Source: Candidatus Hydrogenedentota bacterium
GTDB lineage: Bacteria > Hydrogenedentota > Hydrogenedentia > Hydrogenedentales > JAEUWI01
Assembly: GCA_034669905.1 (NCBI GenBank)
Contig: JAXMOL010000074.1
Coordinates: forward strand, 1-27,447
DNA length: 27,447 nucleotides
Reading direction: 5' to 3'
Made by a program: the position numbers and the translations under genes. Under the pieces are notes generated by a model. That model was not told where the DNA came from. It did no database searches and saw only the letters and a list, made by a program, of their open reading frames with translations. Shown in pieces: positions 1 through 9,600 of the stretch (the stretch's first letter is position 1; each line of letters opens with the position of its first letter).

Positions 1-586
1 CACCTTCCCCTTCACCTTCCCCGTCACCTTCACCATCGCCCTCGCCCTCGCCCTCGCCCTCGCCCTCGCCCTCGCCCTCGCCCTCGCCTTCACCTTCACC
101 TTCACCTTCACCTTCACCTTCACCTTCGCCTTCGCCTTCACCTTCACCTTCGCCTTCACCTTCCCCTTCGCCTTCGCCTTCGCCTTCGCCTTCGCCTTCG
201 CCTTCGCCTTCGCCTTCACCTTCGCCTTCACCTTCACCTTCACCTTCACCTTCACCTTCACCTTCACCTTCACCTTCGCCTTCGCCTTCGCCTTCGCCTT
301 CGCCGCCTACGCCCGCCGCTCCCGCTAGTTCTTCTGCCGTCAACAAGCCGTCTCGGTCGGTATCCATACGATTCATGTAAGCCCGCGTCATGGATTCGTG
401 ACCTGCCAAGGCTTCGGAAAAACTGAGTGCGCCGTTGCGGTCTGTATCGATTTGGGCAAGATTTTCCAGAAGGTCCGTGGCTACTTGCTGAAACGATAAC
501 GGAGGATTCGGATTGGTTTGGGGGCACCCCACTAAGATAAGAACTGCACCAAGCAGCGCCCCAACAAAACTAAAATTCCTGCCCAT
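1..586 (-). CDS. Partial (runs off window start) lipoprotein with an EF-hand pair followed by a long Glu-Gly repeat
   Basis: Hand translation from ATG at 586: MGRNFSFVGALLGAVLILVGC (lipobox LVGC) PQTNPNPP...IDTDRNGALSFSEA...MDTDRDGLLTAEEL (two EF-hand-like loops) AGAAGVGG then (EG)n to the window edge with no stop. AAGGGG lies upstream as a possible RBS. Not in the ORF track. Confidence 0.88.
   Translation of the reverse strand, partial: MGRNFSFVGALLGAVLILVGCPQTNPNPPLSFQQVATDLLENLAQIDTDRNGALSFSEALAGHESMTRAYMNRMDTDRDGLLTAEELAGAAGVGGEGEGEGEGEGEGEGEGEGEGEGEGEGEGEGEGEGEGEGEGEGEGEGEGEGEGEGEGEGEGEGEGEGEGEGEGEGEGEGEGEGEGEGEGDGEGDGEGEGEG
2..304 (-). repeat. Hexanucleotide coding repeat (GAAGGT/GAAGGC/GAGGGC)n encoding about 100 residues of (EG)n
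   Basis: Directly visible ttcacc/ttcgcc/ctcgcc runs. Variation is almost entirely synonymous in the Glu-Gly frame, with two Asp substitutions near the edge. Confidence 0.95.
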
Positions 587-750
587 TGCCTGTGCCCCTT
601 ATTTGCCATTGCCCTGCCAGACGCACCCTCCGGGTGCCTGAGCCCATTGTGCCGTGTAGTAGGTAGTCGGTCGCCCCTGAGAGCCGGTTCTTCGGAAAGG
701 CCGACGGCGAGCGTATTCTCTGCTTACTCTAGCTCTTACCATCAGGAACT

Positions 751-2355
751 TCAAATCAGCCATTTCTCGGCAATTTGCTCCGTTTCGGTGGCGGTGATGA
801 GCCAGTCGACCATGCGTGCCTTCATGGCGTCTCGGGTGGCTTGGTGGGCCGGGTCGGCGGCGAGGTTGTGTCGTTCGCCGGGGTCCTTTTCCAGGTCGAA
901 GAGTTCTTCGTGGCCTTCGGGGTAGTAGTTGTATTTCCAGCGGCGGGTCCGTACCATTTTGGCGTCGGGGTGACGGACGCCGAAGACGCCTTTGCCTTTT
1001 TCATAGTTGTGAACGCCGGCGAAGACTTCGGGCATGATGTTTTCACTGAAGACACACTCCCGGGCCTGGTAGGTGTCGTCCCCTTCACGCAAGAGGGGAG
1101 CGAGGCTCCGGCCATGGGCGTGGTAGGGCGTTTCCAGGCCGCAATAGTCGAAGAGGGTGGGGAGGAGGTCCACCGTTTCCACGAGTTCGTCGTAGGTGCC
1201 CGGCGCAATATGGCCGGGGTAGCGCATCATGAAGGGCACGCGCACGGACCCTTCGAAGAAGACGTTTTTCCCCATCATGCCGTGCTCCAGCAGTTGGTCG
1301 CCATGGTCGGACACAAAGATTACGATGGTGTTGTCGGCCAGTCCGGTTTCTTTCAGGGTCTTCAAGGTTTCGCCCACCTCATCGTCAATGTGGGTGATGC
1401 TGCCGTAGTAGCTGCGGTAAATCCACTGGAGGCGTTCCTGGTCCATCTCGTGTTCCGGTGGACGTCCCCGCAGTTCCGTGCGCCGAATCATACGCTCCAC
1501 GTGGGGCGGCATGGCCTTGATGGCGTCGAGGTGCTCCTTTTCTGGCAGGGGGATTTCCACGTCGTTGTAGAGGCTGTCGTAGGGCGCGGGGACTTCAAAG
1601 GGCGAGTGGGGTTTCCAGTAGGAGGAAAAGAGAAAGAAGGGCTTACCGGACTGGGCATATTCCTTCAACCGCGCCCGCGTTCGCATGCCGGTCCAAGCCG
1701 TGTCGGTGTATTCGGCGTCGATGAGGGTGCGGAAGGGATTGTCCTTGGGTCCCAACTGGGCCTTGCGCGCGGGGATGTCCTGCGCCGTCGTGCGGTAGCC
1801 CACCTCGGCCTGGGGGTCGTGGGCATTACGCCATTTTACGTAGTCCGACCATTCAGCGACGGAACCGGCACCATCGTGTAGATCCACATCGTCGAAACCC
1901 GTGCGCCGCGCCTCGTCGGGCGTGGGGGGATAGGCGTAGTAGAGATGGGTCTTGCCCACCAGGCCCGTGTGGTAGCCTGCGGCCTGGAGATGCTGGGGGA
2001 AGAGGGTTTCCGTTTCCGGCAGGCAGGTGTAATTCACCCGATTGCGATGGGCGTGGGCGTAACGTCCCGTGAAGAAACAGGCCCGAGAGGGGGTGCACAC
2101 GGGGGACTGAACAAAGCAGTGGGAGAAATTGGCCGACGCCGCAGCGAGCTGGTCGAGGTGGGGCGTCTTGATGAGGGGATTGCCATTGACCCCGACGCAA
2201 TCATAGCGCTGCTGGTCCGTCATGATGAGGAGAATGTTGGGGCTGCCGGGCCGGGCCTTGGGCCGTGGGGGTGTTTGGGTGTCTGCCGCGTTGGCGAGGC
2301 CCGACAAGAGGCTGGTGGCTGCGGCCGTACCCTGTAAGAATGCTCTCCGCTTCAT
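751..2355 (-). CDS. Tat-exported Cys-type (formylglycine) sulfatase, arylsulfatase A-like family
   Basis: MKRRAFLQG twin-arginine signal; PNILLIMTDQQR; CTPSRACFFTGRY sulfatase signature; GKTH; KPHSPF; SDHGD; ELFDLEKDPGERHNLA. RBS GGAGGA at 2364-2369. Confidence 0.95.
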   Translation of the reverse strand: MKRRAFLQGTAAATSLLSGLANAADTQTPPRPKARPGSPNILLIMTDQQRYDCVGVNGNPLIKTPHLDQLAAASANFSHCFVQSPVCTPSRACFFTGRYAHAHRNRVNYTCLPETETLFPQHLQAAGYHTGLVGKTHLYYAYPPTPDEARRTGFDDVDLHDGAGSVAEWSDYVKWRNAHDPQAEVGYRTTAQDIPARKAQLGPKDNPFRTLIDAEYTDTAWTGMRTRARLKEYAQSGKPFFLFSSYWKPHSPFEVPAPYDSLYNDVEIPLPEKEHLDAIKAMPPHVERMIRRTELRGRPPEHEMDQERLQWIYRSYYGSITHIDDEVGETLKTLKETGLADNTIVIFVSDHGDQLLEHGMMGKNVFFEGSVRVPFMMRYPGHIAPGTYDELVETVDLLPTLFDYCGLETPYHAHGRSLAPLLREGDDTYQARECVFSENIMPEVFAGVHNYEKGKGVFGVRHPDAKMVRTRRWKYNYYPEGHEELFDLEKDPGERHNLAADPAHQATRDAMKARMVDWLITATETEQIAEKWLI

Positions 2356-2387
2356 GGGTGTGTTCCTCCATCTTCGTGACGGGACTC

Positions 2388-2396
2388 ACCATAGCA
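2388..2396 (-). promoter_or_regulatory. Candidate extended -10 promoter (TGCTATGGT) for the sulfatase
   Basis: TGnTAnnnT pattern about 33 nt upstream of the ATG; no clear -35. Confidence 0.4.
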
Positions 2397-2398
2397 CA

Positions 2399-2550
2399 CT
2401 ATGAGGGTGCCACCCTTACGCGGGGGAGCGAAGCGGAGGAGCTTACGGGTGTAAATTACACGATACGCGAAGAGCCCAACAGAACCCCCCGTTGTCTCGC
2501 ACCCGTAAAGCCGTTCGTGCCTCACGTCTGTAGGGGGGGCACCCTTGTGG
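2399..2550 (+). ncRNA. Candidate structured RNA or decayed inverted-repeat element (long irregular hairpin)
   Basis: CTATGAGGGTGCC-A-CCCTTAC (2399-2419) pairs with GTAGGGG-G-GGCACCCTTGTGG (2530-2550); 2420-2436 pairs with 2511-2527; TTACGGGTG (2443-2451) pairs with CACCCGTAA (2500-2508). Most non-Watson-Crick positions are G-U on the + strand. Confidence 0.4.
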
Positions 2551-2560
2551 AGCACTTCGC

Positions 2561-2643
2561 AAAAAGAAATGGACAGGGTGGACGATGTGGACTGAGTGGA
2601 CCGAATGATTGGTCCACGTCGTCTACAAAGTCCACCCTGTCCA
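2561..2643 (-). terminator. Inverted 9-nt-periodic GTGGAC/GTCCAC array forming a hairpin with a U-tract; probable terminator for the Gfo/Idh/MocA gene
   Basis: GGAC at 2571, 2580, 2589, 2598 and GTC(C/T)AC at 2612, 2621, 2630, 2639. The outer 14 bp pair perfectly (2570-2583 with 2630-2643). AAAAAGAAA at 2561-2569 gives a U-tract on the minus strand. Confidence 0.7.
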
Positions 2644-2674
2644 CAAGAACTAACAGAGAGGCTGGAAAGGGGGG

Positions 2675-3958
2675 TTAGATACTCCAGTTCCCCCGCATGG
2701 GCCGGCTACGCAGGGCGTTGGCCTCGTCGTCGTTTTTGAACTCTTCCTTGACGGGATCCCAGTGGAGCTCGCGCTTCAAGGTGGTGGCAATGTAGCCGAG
2801 GTGGCAGATGGTGGCCGTGCGGTGTCCGATTTCGATGGTGGCACCCGGCTCGGTCCGAGCCTTCACGCTGTTGATGAAATCGCCGATGTGGTCATCGCTC
2901 TTATAGAGGCGGACCGCGTCGGGCTTGAGTTCGATTTTGTCCACGTCGGGAATGCTGGACGTGATCTTGGAACTCTCCACGTGAATCCAGCCTTCGCTGC
3001 CGATGAACTTGATGCCGTAGTGCTTGTTGTCACTACTGGTAAGGGCGATGAGCCGGACGCCATTGGCGTAGTCATATTCGATGAGGTGTTTGACGGGGGC
3101 ATCGAAGAGGCCCTGACGGGGATATTCGGCGGCACCGGAGATGCGCACGGGGCCTGTGTCATCCGTATTGTTGCCCCACTGCCCGATGTCGTAGTAGTGG
3201 GCACCCCAGTCGGTGATGTAGCCCGCGCTGTAGTCCAGGAGCCACCGGAAATTGAAGTGGCAACGGGCGGGGGTATAGGGCTTCATGGGCGCCGGTCCGA
3301 GCCACAGGTCATAGTCGAGGCCTTCGGGCACGGGCTCTTCCGGGTAGCCCGGTTTGAATTCACCCCGGATGGCATAGCCTTCGGGCACGCCGCACTCGAT
3401 GGTGTGGAGTTCGCCGATGTAGCCGTTGCGGACGAGTTCGCAGGCATCGCGGCACCCCTGGAGGGAGCGGCGCCAGGTGCCGGTCTGGAGTACCCGCTCA
3501 TACTTCGCCACGGCGTCGGCCATCTTGCGGCCTTCGGTGATGGTGAGGGATACGGGTTTTTCGCAGAAGATATCCTTGCCTGCCTTGGCCGCGTCGATGG
3601 TGTTGAGGGCGTGCCAGTGGTCCGGCGTGGCGATGGAGACGGCGTCGATGTCGTCCCGGGCGAGGAGTTCGCGGTAATCGTTGTAGACGCTCTCCGAAGC
3701 CACCTCGGTTAACTCGGCGGCTTTCTCGCGACGGGCCTTGTCCACGTCACAGACGGCGACAATCTGGGTTTCGGCCTTTCCGTGAAAAGCCATCATGTTG
3801 TTCGTGCCGCGGTTACCCGTGCCGATGCAGCCGACGGTGATGCGTTCGCTGGGGGCGACGTTGCCATCCCTGCCGAGGGCCGATGCGGGGATAATCATGG
3901 GGGCGGCAATCGCGGCGGTGGCGGCCAGGAATTGGCGACGGCTGGGGGTGTTACTCAT
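2675..3958 (-). CDS. Tat-exported Gfo/Idh/MocA family oxidoreductase
   Basis: Start reassigned to MSNTPSRRQFLAA (ATG at 3958, RBS AGAGGAGA). Motifs: VGCIGTGNRG Rossmann, IATPDHWH, CEKP, DWGAHYYD, LDYDLWLGPAP. The ORF-track extension to 4456 overlaps the permease. Confidence 0.93.
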   Translation of the reverse strand: MSNTPSRRQFLAATAAIAAPMIIPASALGRDGNVAPSERITVGCIGTGNRGTNNMMAFHGKAETQIVAVCDVDKARREKAAELTEVASESVYNDYRELLARDDIDAVSIATPDHWHALNTIDAAKAGKDIFCEKPVSLTITEGRKMADAVAKYERVLQTGTWRRSLQGCRDACELVRNGYIGELHTIECGVPEGYAIRGEFKPGYPEEPVPEGLDYDLWLGPAPMKPYTPARCHFNFRWLLDYSAGYITDWGAHYYDIGQWGNNTDDTGPVRISGAAEYPRQGLFDAPVKHLIEYDYANGVRLIALTSSDNKHYGIKFIGSEGWIHVESSKITSSIPDVDKIELKPDAVRLYKSDDHIGDFINSVKARTEPGATIEIGHRTATICHLGYIATTLKRELHWDPVKEEFKNDDEANALRSRPMRGNWSI

Positions 3959-4104
3959 AGTATGTCTCCTCTGCCCGGATGGCAGGCGGGTTTGAACGGG
4001 AACGAATTGAAGCCTCTTATATACCATAAAAGGGCTCCGAGATGCAGATTTACGCCTATACGTGATGTGACATCGGACACTCGCTCGAAATCCTCGCGTA
4101 GACG

Positions 4105-5397
4105 CTACCCTTCGTGGCGGAGTACGTCGGCGGGGTCCTGTTGTGCGGCAAGGAGCGCCGGGATCCACGTGGCGATACAGGCCAGCAGGGGGGCACCCAC
4201 CAATACCGGCACCAGGAGCGCCGTATTCAAGGGAAAGGCCGACAGGACGTCCGACGGGATGCCGTCCCACCGCCCCCAGGTTCCGCCAATGAAGAAGCCC
4301 AGGGCCAGGCCGAGGAGGGCGCCGACGAAGCCCATCCCGGCGGCCCGCGCCAGGAACAGCGACATGATGGCGGGGGTGCGATATCCTACGGCCCGGAGGA
4401 TGCCAATTTCGTCTTTGCGGGATCGCACGTTGCCCAGCATGAGAAAGCCCACCCACAAGATGGACGCGATCATGACCAGAGGCACGAGCCAGGCGGTGAG
4501 GGAGGCGCGCTCGCGTTGCAGCTCGGCCTGGTGAAGTTGCTGGGCCTCGGCCGCCTCCACGTTGAGGGAAGCCGCCCGGTCCCGGGCCTTGCCACGGGCC
4601 ACGGTCTGAGACGCGAGTTGCAGGACCTGCGTGTCGGGCAGGATGGCGCAGATTTCATTTTGAATCTTGGCGAGGGAGGCGTCGTCGCAGTGGCAGCTCA
4701 GGGCCATGATGGCGTTGATTTCATCGGGACGATTCAAGAGCGCCTGGGCCTCTTCGAGATGGACCCAGATGCTGATGTCGTCTTCGTTGCCCTGCAGGTC
4801 ATTGACCTTGATGACGGAAAATTCCTTTCCGAGGAGGGTGATGGTGTCACCTTCCTGGATGCCCAGCTTCTCATGCAGCACGTGGCCAATTCGCGCAGTG
4901 CCCTTTTCCACGGCCTCCACCAGGGGTTTCTTCGTCGTGCGGTATTGGAGGGGGAACTCGGAACGCGCGCCCAACAGAATCACGGGGAGGTCGCCCTGTT
5001 CTTTCCAGAGGAGGCGCTGGTGGAGGGTAGGCACCAGATGGCGGACCGTCATGACCTTGGATTGGGCCAGCTTGCCGACGTAGTTTTCTGGCATGTGGGC
5101 CTTGGCATAGCCTTCGTCCAGGTAGGTGGCCATGTCCTGGTCTTTACTGAGGACCAGGACGTTGTAGCCCATGTCCTTGGTGATTTTTCGGTAGTCATCT
5201 TCCACACTGCGAAGGAGGGATAGGGTGCTCTCCCGGTGGGATTCGGCCAACTGCCGGGTCTGGGCGTCATGTCCATGCAGCAGGGTGGACGATGCGGCCA
5301 GACAGGCCACGGCGGCGGTGACAGCCAACACCCCGATGAAGAAGTCTCCCCGTCGGTATCCCATTTCGCGCAGTACCAGGCGCCACGTGTTCTTCAT
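4105..5397 (-). CDS. ABC transporter permease, FtsX/MacB/LolE-like
   Basis: Start reassigned to MKNTWRLVLREM (ATG at 5397, 2 nt after the upstream stop). N-terminal TM, large periplasmic domain, NVRSRKDEIGILRAVGY FtsX motif, three further TMs, ending IPALLAAQQDPADVLR. Confidence 0.9.
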   Translation of the reverse strand: MKNTWRLVLREMGYRRGDFFIGVLAVTAAVACLAASSTLLHGHDAQTRQLAESHRESTLSLLRSVEDDYRKITKDMGYNVLVLSKDQDMATYLDEGYAKAHMPENYVGKLAQSKVMTVRHLVPTLHQRLLWKEQGDLPVILLGARSEFPLQYRTTKKPLVEAVEKGTARIGHVLHEKLGIQEGDTITLLGKEFSVIKVNDLQGNEDDISIWVHLEEAQALLNRPDEINAIMALSCHCDDASLAKIQNEICAILPDTQVLQLASQTVARGKARDRAASLNVEAAEAQQLHQAELQRERASLTAWLVPLVMIASILWVGFLMLGNVRSRKDEIGILRAVGYRTPAIMSLFLARAAGMGFVGALLGLALGFFIGGTWGRWDGIPSDVLSAFPLNTALLVPVLVGAPLLACIATWIPALLAAQQDPADVLRHEG

Positions 5398-5399
5398 AA

Positions 5400-6632
5400 T
5401 TATTCGTTCCTGTTGGGCATCTTGAAGAGGATAAAGATAGTGCCACCGATAACGAGGGCGAATCCGATGCCCATGGCGATGGCAATATTGCGCACGAGGG
5501 TGCGGCTGGGGGCGTTCGTTTCCGTGGTCGGCGCAGGTGCCGGAACCGCGGCAGGCGCTTCGTCCATCTGGACGGCGGCGAGTCCCGCTACGCTGGGCGG
5601 CTCGATGGGGGTCATCATGGATTCGCCCACGACGTCGTCCCATTGGGCGCTTATGAGCAGGTCAATGCCCGGATTGAGGTCTTTGACCTCACAGGTGCAA
5701 CGACCGGCGATGTACATGCAGGCCTCGTCCACCAGGTCCGGCGCGATGCCCCCGTCGACCAGGGCGTAAAGGGCCCGACCCCGCCCAAAGACCGGGAAGG
5801 CCATGGGAGCGTCGGTGTCGTTGAGGTCCCCTTCGCTTTTCAGGAGCATCTGAATGAACGGCTGCTCCGCCGGGTCATTGCGATCCACGGTGAGGAGCGA
5901 GAAGTGAAGGTCCCACGGGACGGGCTCCGCCACTTCGTTGGTCTCAATGTCGAGAGGCACAATCTCGATGGTCTTCGTCATGGCGTCGAGGGCGGCCTGC
6001 AGGGACTCGAGTCGTCCGGCATCCCGTTTGACGTCGCCAGTCTGGAGGAAAATCCACACCGCCGTGTTGTCTTCACCCAGACGCCGCACAATTTCCTGCC
6101 GGGCGGGGGAGTCGAGGACCCGTGCGATGTGATCGGCGTTCAAGGCGCCACTCCACACATAGGAGGGGTTGGGTTGGGCATGGGGATAGCGAAGGACCAT
6201 CCACGGGAAGGTGGGGGTGTCCTGGTTGTTCAGGAGGTCTTCAAAGAAAGGGTCCATGGACTGCGTGGTGTCCACCACGGTGGTGGTCGCATTGGCCAGC
6301 CCGCCCTTTTCCGTGGTGCTTTCGCGGAGGTGGTCCACCAGCGCTTCACCATCCGCATCGAGAGGTCCCTCGGAGTAGACGATGATTTCATAGGGGTCGG
6401 CTGCCCAGTTCTCGAGGGCCCACCGGAACACGGGGAGATCGCAGGCGTTTGCGATGCCCACGCCCGACAGGGCCAAGGTAAGCAGGATGGCCGTTACCCA
6501 ACGGAACGGTTTTCCCGCGGTGTAACGGAGACTCCGGGTGCCGGACGTCGTACGGACCAGGGACGGGGATGGCGTGTGTTCTTTACCAGGCATACTACGG
6601 TGAATTCCTTTTTTGAAATCGGGCGCCGACAC
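5400..6632 (-). CDS. Exported, C-terminally membrane-anchored protein of unknown function with Cys motifs
   Basis: Signal peptide ending GIANA-CDLPVFRWALENW; FPVFGRGRAL; CMYIAGRCTCEVKDLNPGIDLL; Pro/Ala linker; C-terminal TM IAIAMGIGFALVIGGTIFILF. Start uncertain (GTG 6632 or ATG 6593). Confidence 0.85.
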   Translation of the reverse strand: MSAPDFKKGIHRSMPGKEHTPSPSLVRTTSGTRSLRYTAGKPFRWVTAILLTLALSGVGIANACDLPVFRWALENWAADPYEIIVYSEGPLDADGEALVDHLRESTTEKGGLANATTTVVDTTQSMDPFFEDLLNNQDTPTFPWMVLRYPHAQPNPSYVWSGALNADHIARVLDSPARQEIVRRLGEDNTAVWIFLQTGDVKRDAGRLESLQAALDAMTKTIEIVPLDIETNEVAEPVPWDLHFSLLTVDRNDPAEQPFIQMLLKSEGDLNDTDAPMAFPVFGRGRALYALVDGGIAPDLVDEACMYIAGRCTCEVKDLNPGIDLLISAQWDDVVGESMMTPIEPPSVAGLAAVQMDEAPAAVPAPAPTTETNAPSRTLVRNIAIAMGIGFALVIGGTIFILFKMPNRNE

Positions 6633-6656
6633 GTTTTCGCGCGGTGACCGTCCACA

Positions 6657-9600
6657 TTAGACGGCGTCTTCTGCAATCACTTCAATCCCCGACAAGACGG
6701 GCGGCAGTGAGCCCTCAGCGGGACTCAGGGTAACTTTCAGCAACTCGGTCACCGCGATGCCATGAAACTCTTTCACGACGGTGCGCCAGGGGCCGGCTCC
6801 TTCTCCTGCGATGTCGAAGGCAGAGAGAACGGGCGTATCCTGGAGAGACACGTCAAAGGTCCGTGCACCGGCAGCGGCGACACCCGGTTCGGCGAAGAAG
6901 AGGCGCACCGTGAAGGTCTTGCCTTCGACGGGGGCCTTGCTCAGTCGGATGGTGAGTTCACGGCAGTCTTCCAGGCCCGAAGCCGCGACCCACGGCAGTT
7001 CGCCGGCTTCTATGCGGGACGCGTGGTTGCGGAAAGAAGCGGGGCTCTCGGGATTGACGGTGACTTCCACCTCGGGGGAAGGGCCGCCCACACTCGGGTA
7101 ATCGAGCCAGAGGGTGCCGCTGTCTGCCACCCGGTCACCCGGTGCCCCGAAATTGAGTCCGACGCGCTTCACGTCGCCTTCACCCCTGCCGTCCGTGTTG
7201 AAGGTCCACATTTCCATTTCCGGCATATGGACCAGGGCGAGGGAGGTCTGGTTCTGGTAGCTGCAACTGCAGGTGCGTGTATAGTCCGGTGCGTTGAGCA
7301 CTCCATCCGCTACGATGAGATTGGAGGTACAACTGGACTTGAAGCCCCCCAGATTACCGGTGCCCCCTTCATTCGTCAGGTCATAGAATGCCGCTGCGGC
7401 CGAGCGGAAAGTGAGGAGGTTTTCGCTGGCAATAGGGTAATTGCACCCGTAGTGGCGCGAAAAGCTCCAGGTGTCGTCTTCGCCGGTCAGGGGATTCTTG
7501 CGTGTAATGGGCAGCCCTGTGTCGAGACTCGCAAACTGACCCATGGTGATGATCATATCGTTATGCAAGATCGGGAAGGTGCCGTAGTCGCGCTGCACAT
7601 CCCAGGCGATGGTGCCATCGACGCCATTGTAGGCCATCATGCGCTTGCCATCTTCGCCCCGCACCATGTCGCGGGAAGGCCGCGTGGACTGAATAAGTTT
7701 GTCCCGTTCTTCGGAATAGGCCAGGAAGGAGCCAAATACGTTTTCCTCGGTCTCCCAGCGGACTTCACCGGTCTTTACGTTGAGGGCCAGGAGGCGATAA
7801 TCTTCCGGTTTGGGTTCACCCCGGCGACGGAGTTTACCTTCGATCTCGGCGGGAAGTTTATCGATGCAGAAGAGCGTGTCTTTCCCGACGGCGATACCAT
7901 TGTGGAGAAAGCCGTGACGGGATTCGATTTTCCACAGGAGTTCGCCCGAGTGGCGGTCCATGATATGGAGTTCGCGGCTTGCGCCGATATCGTAATCCGT
8001 AAAGGCAGAGTACTCGGATTTCTTCTGGCCGATGAGGTCGGAGAAGGCCACGAAATCATAGCCCCCAATGAGGAGATCGCCGTAGACGCCCAGGAAGCCC
8101 CAGGGTGGGGATTTGGGGCGACGCGCTTCGGGGTCGAGGGGCGGCAGCTTGATAATCTTGTTGGTTTCGCCCGTGGCCACATCCAGCAGATGGCAGGAGC
8201 CGCCCTGAACCACGTAGACGAGATCTTCGGTGGCCACGTAGTTGGTGCCCCGGATATTGGCCCCGGGAATGTGCACCTGATTGTAGCGCGTGTCGGTGGG
8301 GGCGTCTTTATAGGTCTCGTCGAAATAGATCCCATAGGTATTGAGATCATCGAGTTTGCGGTTCCAGAGGACCTGCCCTGTGTAAACGTCCCGGGCGCTG
8401 ACGGTCGTCATGCCCTGGATGAACATGCGTCCACCCACGACCTGCTGGGGTGGGCCATGGCCGTGGCGGGGGAGGACATCCATGTTGGAGCTGCCCCCAA
8501 ACCATAGGACGCCCAAGGGAAGCTTGACGATGGTGTCGTCCGATTTGGTGGTGTTGGCGATGTTGCCGTATTGGTGGGTCCACGTGCCAGCACCCGGCAG
8601 GGCCCCTTCGCGGGCCAGCATGACCCGGTCTTCCGTCTCGCGCAGGGCGAGGCCGGGGAAGGCTTCCTCGTCAAGGAGGGAGGCCAGGTTTTCTTTATCC
8701 ACATCACCGAGGGGCAGGATGACACCGCCATAGGGCCGCACCGATTGGAAGAGGGCTTCCAGCGAGCGGGTATTCAGCGGGGCACTTCCCTCGCCGATGA
8801 TCGTGAGGGCGGCCATGTAGGCCGGGCTCTCCAGCGAAGCGAGGTCGCCGGGGAGGAGGGCAACGCGCTCCCCGTAGAGTCCGTTGCGGTCAAAGCGGGC
8901 GCGGAGGGAGGCCAGGTGCACCGGATCGGGCACGACCCCGATGATATGGAGGTCGGAGTTCGCCGCGAGGGCTTCCAGCAATTCGCCGTTGCCCACGTTA
9001 TAGTAGAGGGCGTAGCCATTGCGGACGCCGGTTTGGTCCAGGATGCTGGTCGCCGCTTCGATAGTGGCCATATCGGGCTCAGCGGGGAAAGGGCGTTCCA
9101 TACGTTGGATGGGGTGTCCCTCTTTCGCGCCAAAGGCCATGATGCTGCCGCCCAGGGTCACGGCAAAGAGCTTGTCGTCTGCCGCCAACAGCCGTTCCAC
9201 GCCGCCGTCCACGTGTTTCTTCCAGGCAAGGGCCGGGGTATCGCCGAGGCGAATGGCCGCAATGCCATCGTCATTCGCCGCATAGAGGAAGTCGCCCGCA
9301 CGAATAAGATCGTGGCTGGCATCCACATCGAGGCTCCAGAGGACGTGTTCGCCGTAGCTGTCCCGGAATTCCCGCAGCTCCTTCGGGTTGTAGGCGGTGA
9401 TGGTATCGCCCGAGAAATAATAGGCCTCTTCAGTCAGTACCGGATAGTTTCCAAGGGTCGGGATGACGCGCTCGCCGTCGGAGATTTGATAGAAGGAGGT
9501 CACTTTTTCGCGGTGATGATTGAAATAGTCATCGCCCAGGGCAGCCACGAAAGCCCCGCCCGTCTTATTTTGCTTGGCAAAGTGATAGTAGAGCTGCTTG

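Noticed and set aside
270..527. 85-aa ORF ending in poly-Arg
   Set aside because: Alternative frame of the EF-hand/(EG)n lipoprotein; the Arg run is the EG repeat read out of frame.
587..750. Possible riboswitch upstream of the lipoprotein (GCACCC-TCC-GGGTGC hairpin)
   Set aside because: Only one short hairpin; no aptamer consensus I can recognise.
2399..2550. Firm call as 6S or SRP RNA
   Set aside because: No clear two-sided central bubble and no SRP GGAA-loop motif; kept only as a candidate structured RNA.
3959..4456. N-terminal extension of the oxidoreductase ORF (likewise the track extensions of the permease, deaD, pqaA, ferredoxin, sigma, gspF and DUF4838)
   Set aside because: Extensions overlap neighbours or promoters; downstream starts have RBS, signal-peptide or domain-boundary support.
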